The notes beneath the pieces were generated by a model, which was not told the DNA's origin, ran no database searches, and saw only the letters and a list, made by a program, of their open reading frames with translations. Positions 63,362-64,000 of a DNA stretch of 64,000 nt are shown one piece after another. Source of the stretch: Pyrobaculum sp. (lineage in GTDB: Archaea > Thermoproteota > Thermoprotei > Thermoproteales > Thermoproteaceae); NCBI GenBank assembly GCA_041287325.1, contig JBEULK010000076.1, forward strand, positions 2,852 through 66,851, written 5' to 3'. Made by a program: the position numbers and the translations under genes. Position 1 is the stretch's first letter. Every line of letters begins with the position of its first letter.

Positions 63362-64000
63362 GTGCCGGGCCTTGAGGACTTCGTCGTCGAGGAGCTGGCC
63401 GAGCGCCTGCCCGTCGCGAAGGCCCGCGCGCAGTATCTGACGGGGCGGGTCGTGGCCGAGGTGGACGCAGAGCCCACGGCCCTCTTCGGCCTCAAGACCG
63501 TGGAGAGGTTCGGCATACTCCTCGGCGACGGCCAGGCCTCCTCCTTGAGGGAGGTGGCGGAGCTGGCCCGCACCGCGTTGCCCTCGGCCGAGAGGTTCGC
63601 CTAACACGACGGTTGGAGTGAGGTCCGAGAGGGTCGGCGGGCATCCCTTCACATCGCAGGACGTGGAGCGGGAGGTGGGCATGCCCTTCAAGGAGAGGGG
63701 ATACGTCATAAGCCTCGTGGAGCCCGACGTGGAGGTAGACGCGGACGTAGTGGGCAACTACGTCGCGGTCTGGATAACAGTGGCCAGGAGGAGCCTCAAG
63801 GACAGGCCCTGGAGGGCCTACGAGCACTACGCCGGCCTGAACCCCATAATCGCCCAGGCCATGGTGAGGCTCGCGAGGCCCAGGCCGGGCGAGGTCCTAT
63901 GCGACTTGACCTGCGGGGGAGGCACCATAGCGGCGGAGGCCGCCGAGGCCGCCCCCCAGGCCTGCTACATATGCGTCGACATAGAGCTGAGGCACGTGAG
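63362..64000 (+). pseudogene. THUMP-domain RNA (m2G-type) methyltransferase, frameshifted, 3' end outside the window
   Basis: The first frame (PGLEDFVVEEL..LKTVERF..) stops at 63602-63604. The +1 frame continues ..VRSERVGGHPFTSQDVEREVG....YEHYAGLNPIIAQAMVRLA..VLCDLTCGGGTIAAEAA to the window edge. Confidence 0.6.

Noticed and set aside
1-64000. A search for tRNA, rRNA, CRISPR repeats, IS elements or integrases, and long direct or inverted repeats.
   Set aside because: Nearly all sequence is accounted for by protein-coding genes. The few spacers over 100 nt (39.8, 42.0, 54.2, 56.2 and 57.8-58.4 kb) show no cloverleaf-type acceptor/T-arm pattern, no regularly spaced repeats and no transposase- or integrase-like frames. 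A covariance-model scan would still be needed to exclude small RNAs.

Overview
This is a compact archaeal chromosome segment. The gene content looks crenarchaeal, most like Thermoproteaceae (Pyrobaculum/Thermoproteus), which I infer from an unsplit RpoB with split RpoA, a Pa-UDG-like family-4 glycosylase, GTG/TTG starts, and TATA boxes about 20-27 nt upstream of start codons (leaderless style). About 75 genes are packed almost end to end. From left to right: (i) 1-15.2 kb holds Rio2, DUF460 and SAM synthetase, then a fused informational supercluster on the minus strand (rpoH-rpoB-rpoA1-rpoA2-L30e-nusA-S12 running straight into rpoD-L18e-L13-S9-rpoN-Sm). (ii) 15.2-18.4 kb holds A/V-ATPase subunits F, E and A, plus CDP-archaeol synthase. 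(iii) 18.4-41.9 kb is a mixed housekeeping and hypothetical region with radA, Trm5, UDG, tyrS, NAD kinase, AOR, a B12/radical-SAM enzyme, an orphan ATP-grasp plus zinc-ribbon pair, and several uncharacterised small or membrane proteins. (iv) 42.1-53.8 kb is a complex-I-like nuo cluster (J K M L N ... I H A B D) split by a complete 2-oxoacid:ferredoxin oxidoreductase operon. The last gene of that operon overlaps nuoI by ATGA, and the cluster is followed by a pyruvoyl-type panD. (v) 54.4-57.7 kb holds ilvD and an AAA ATPase. (vi) 57.7-64 kb is a GC-rich stretch in which most genes are visibly broken: a copper-resistance remnant, an Arch_ATPase fragment, an MFS transporter and a THUMP methylase. 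I found no rRNA, tRNA, CRISPR array or IS element. The observation most worth follow-up is the por-in-nuo arrangement, which would fit a ferredoxin-fed respiratory complex. All family assignments come from reading motifs by eye, and no database search was run.
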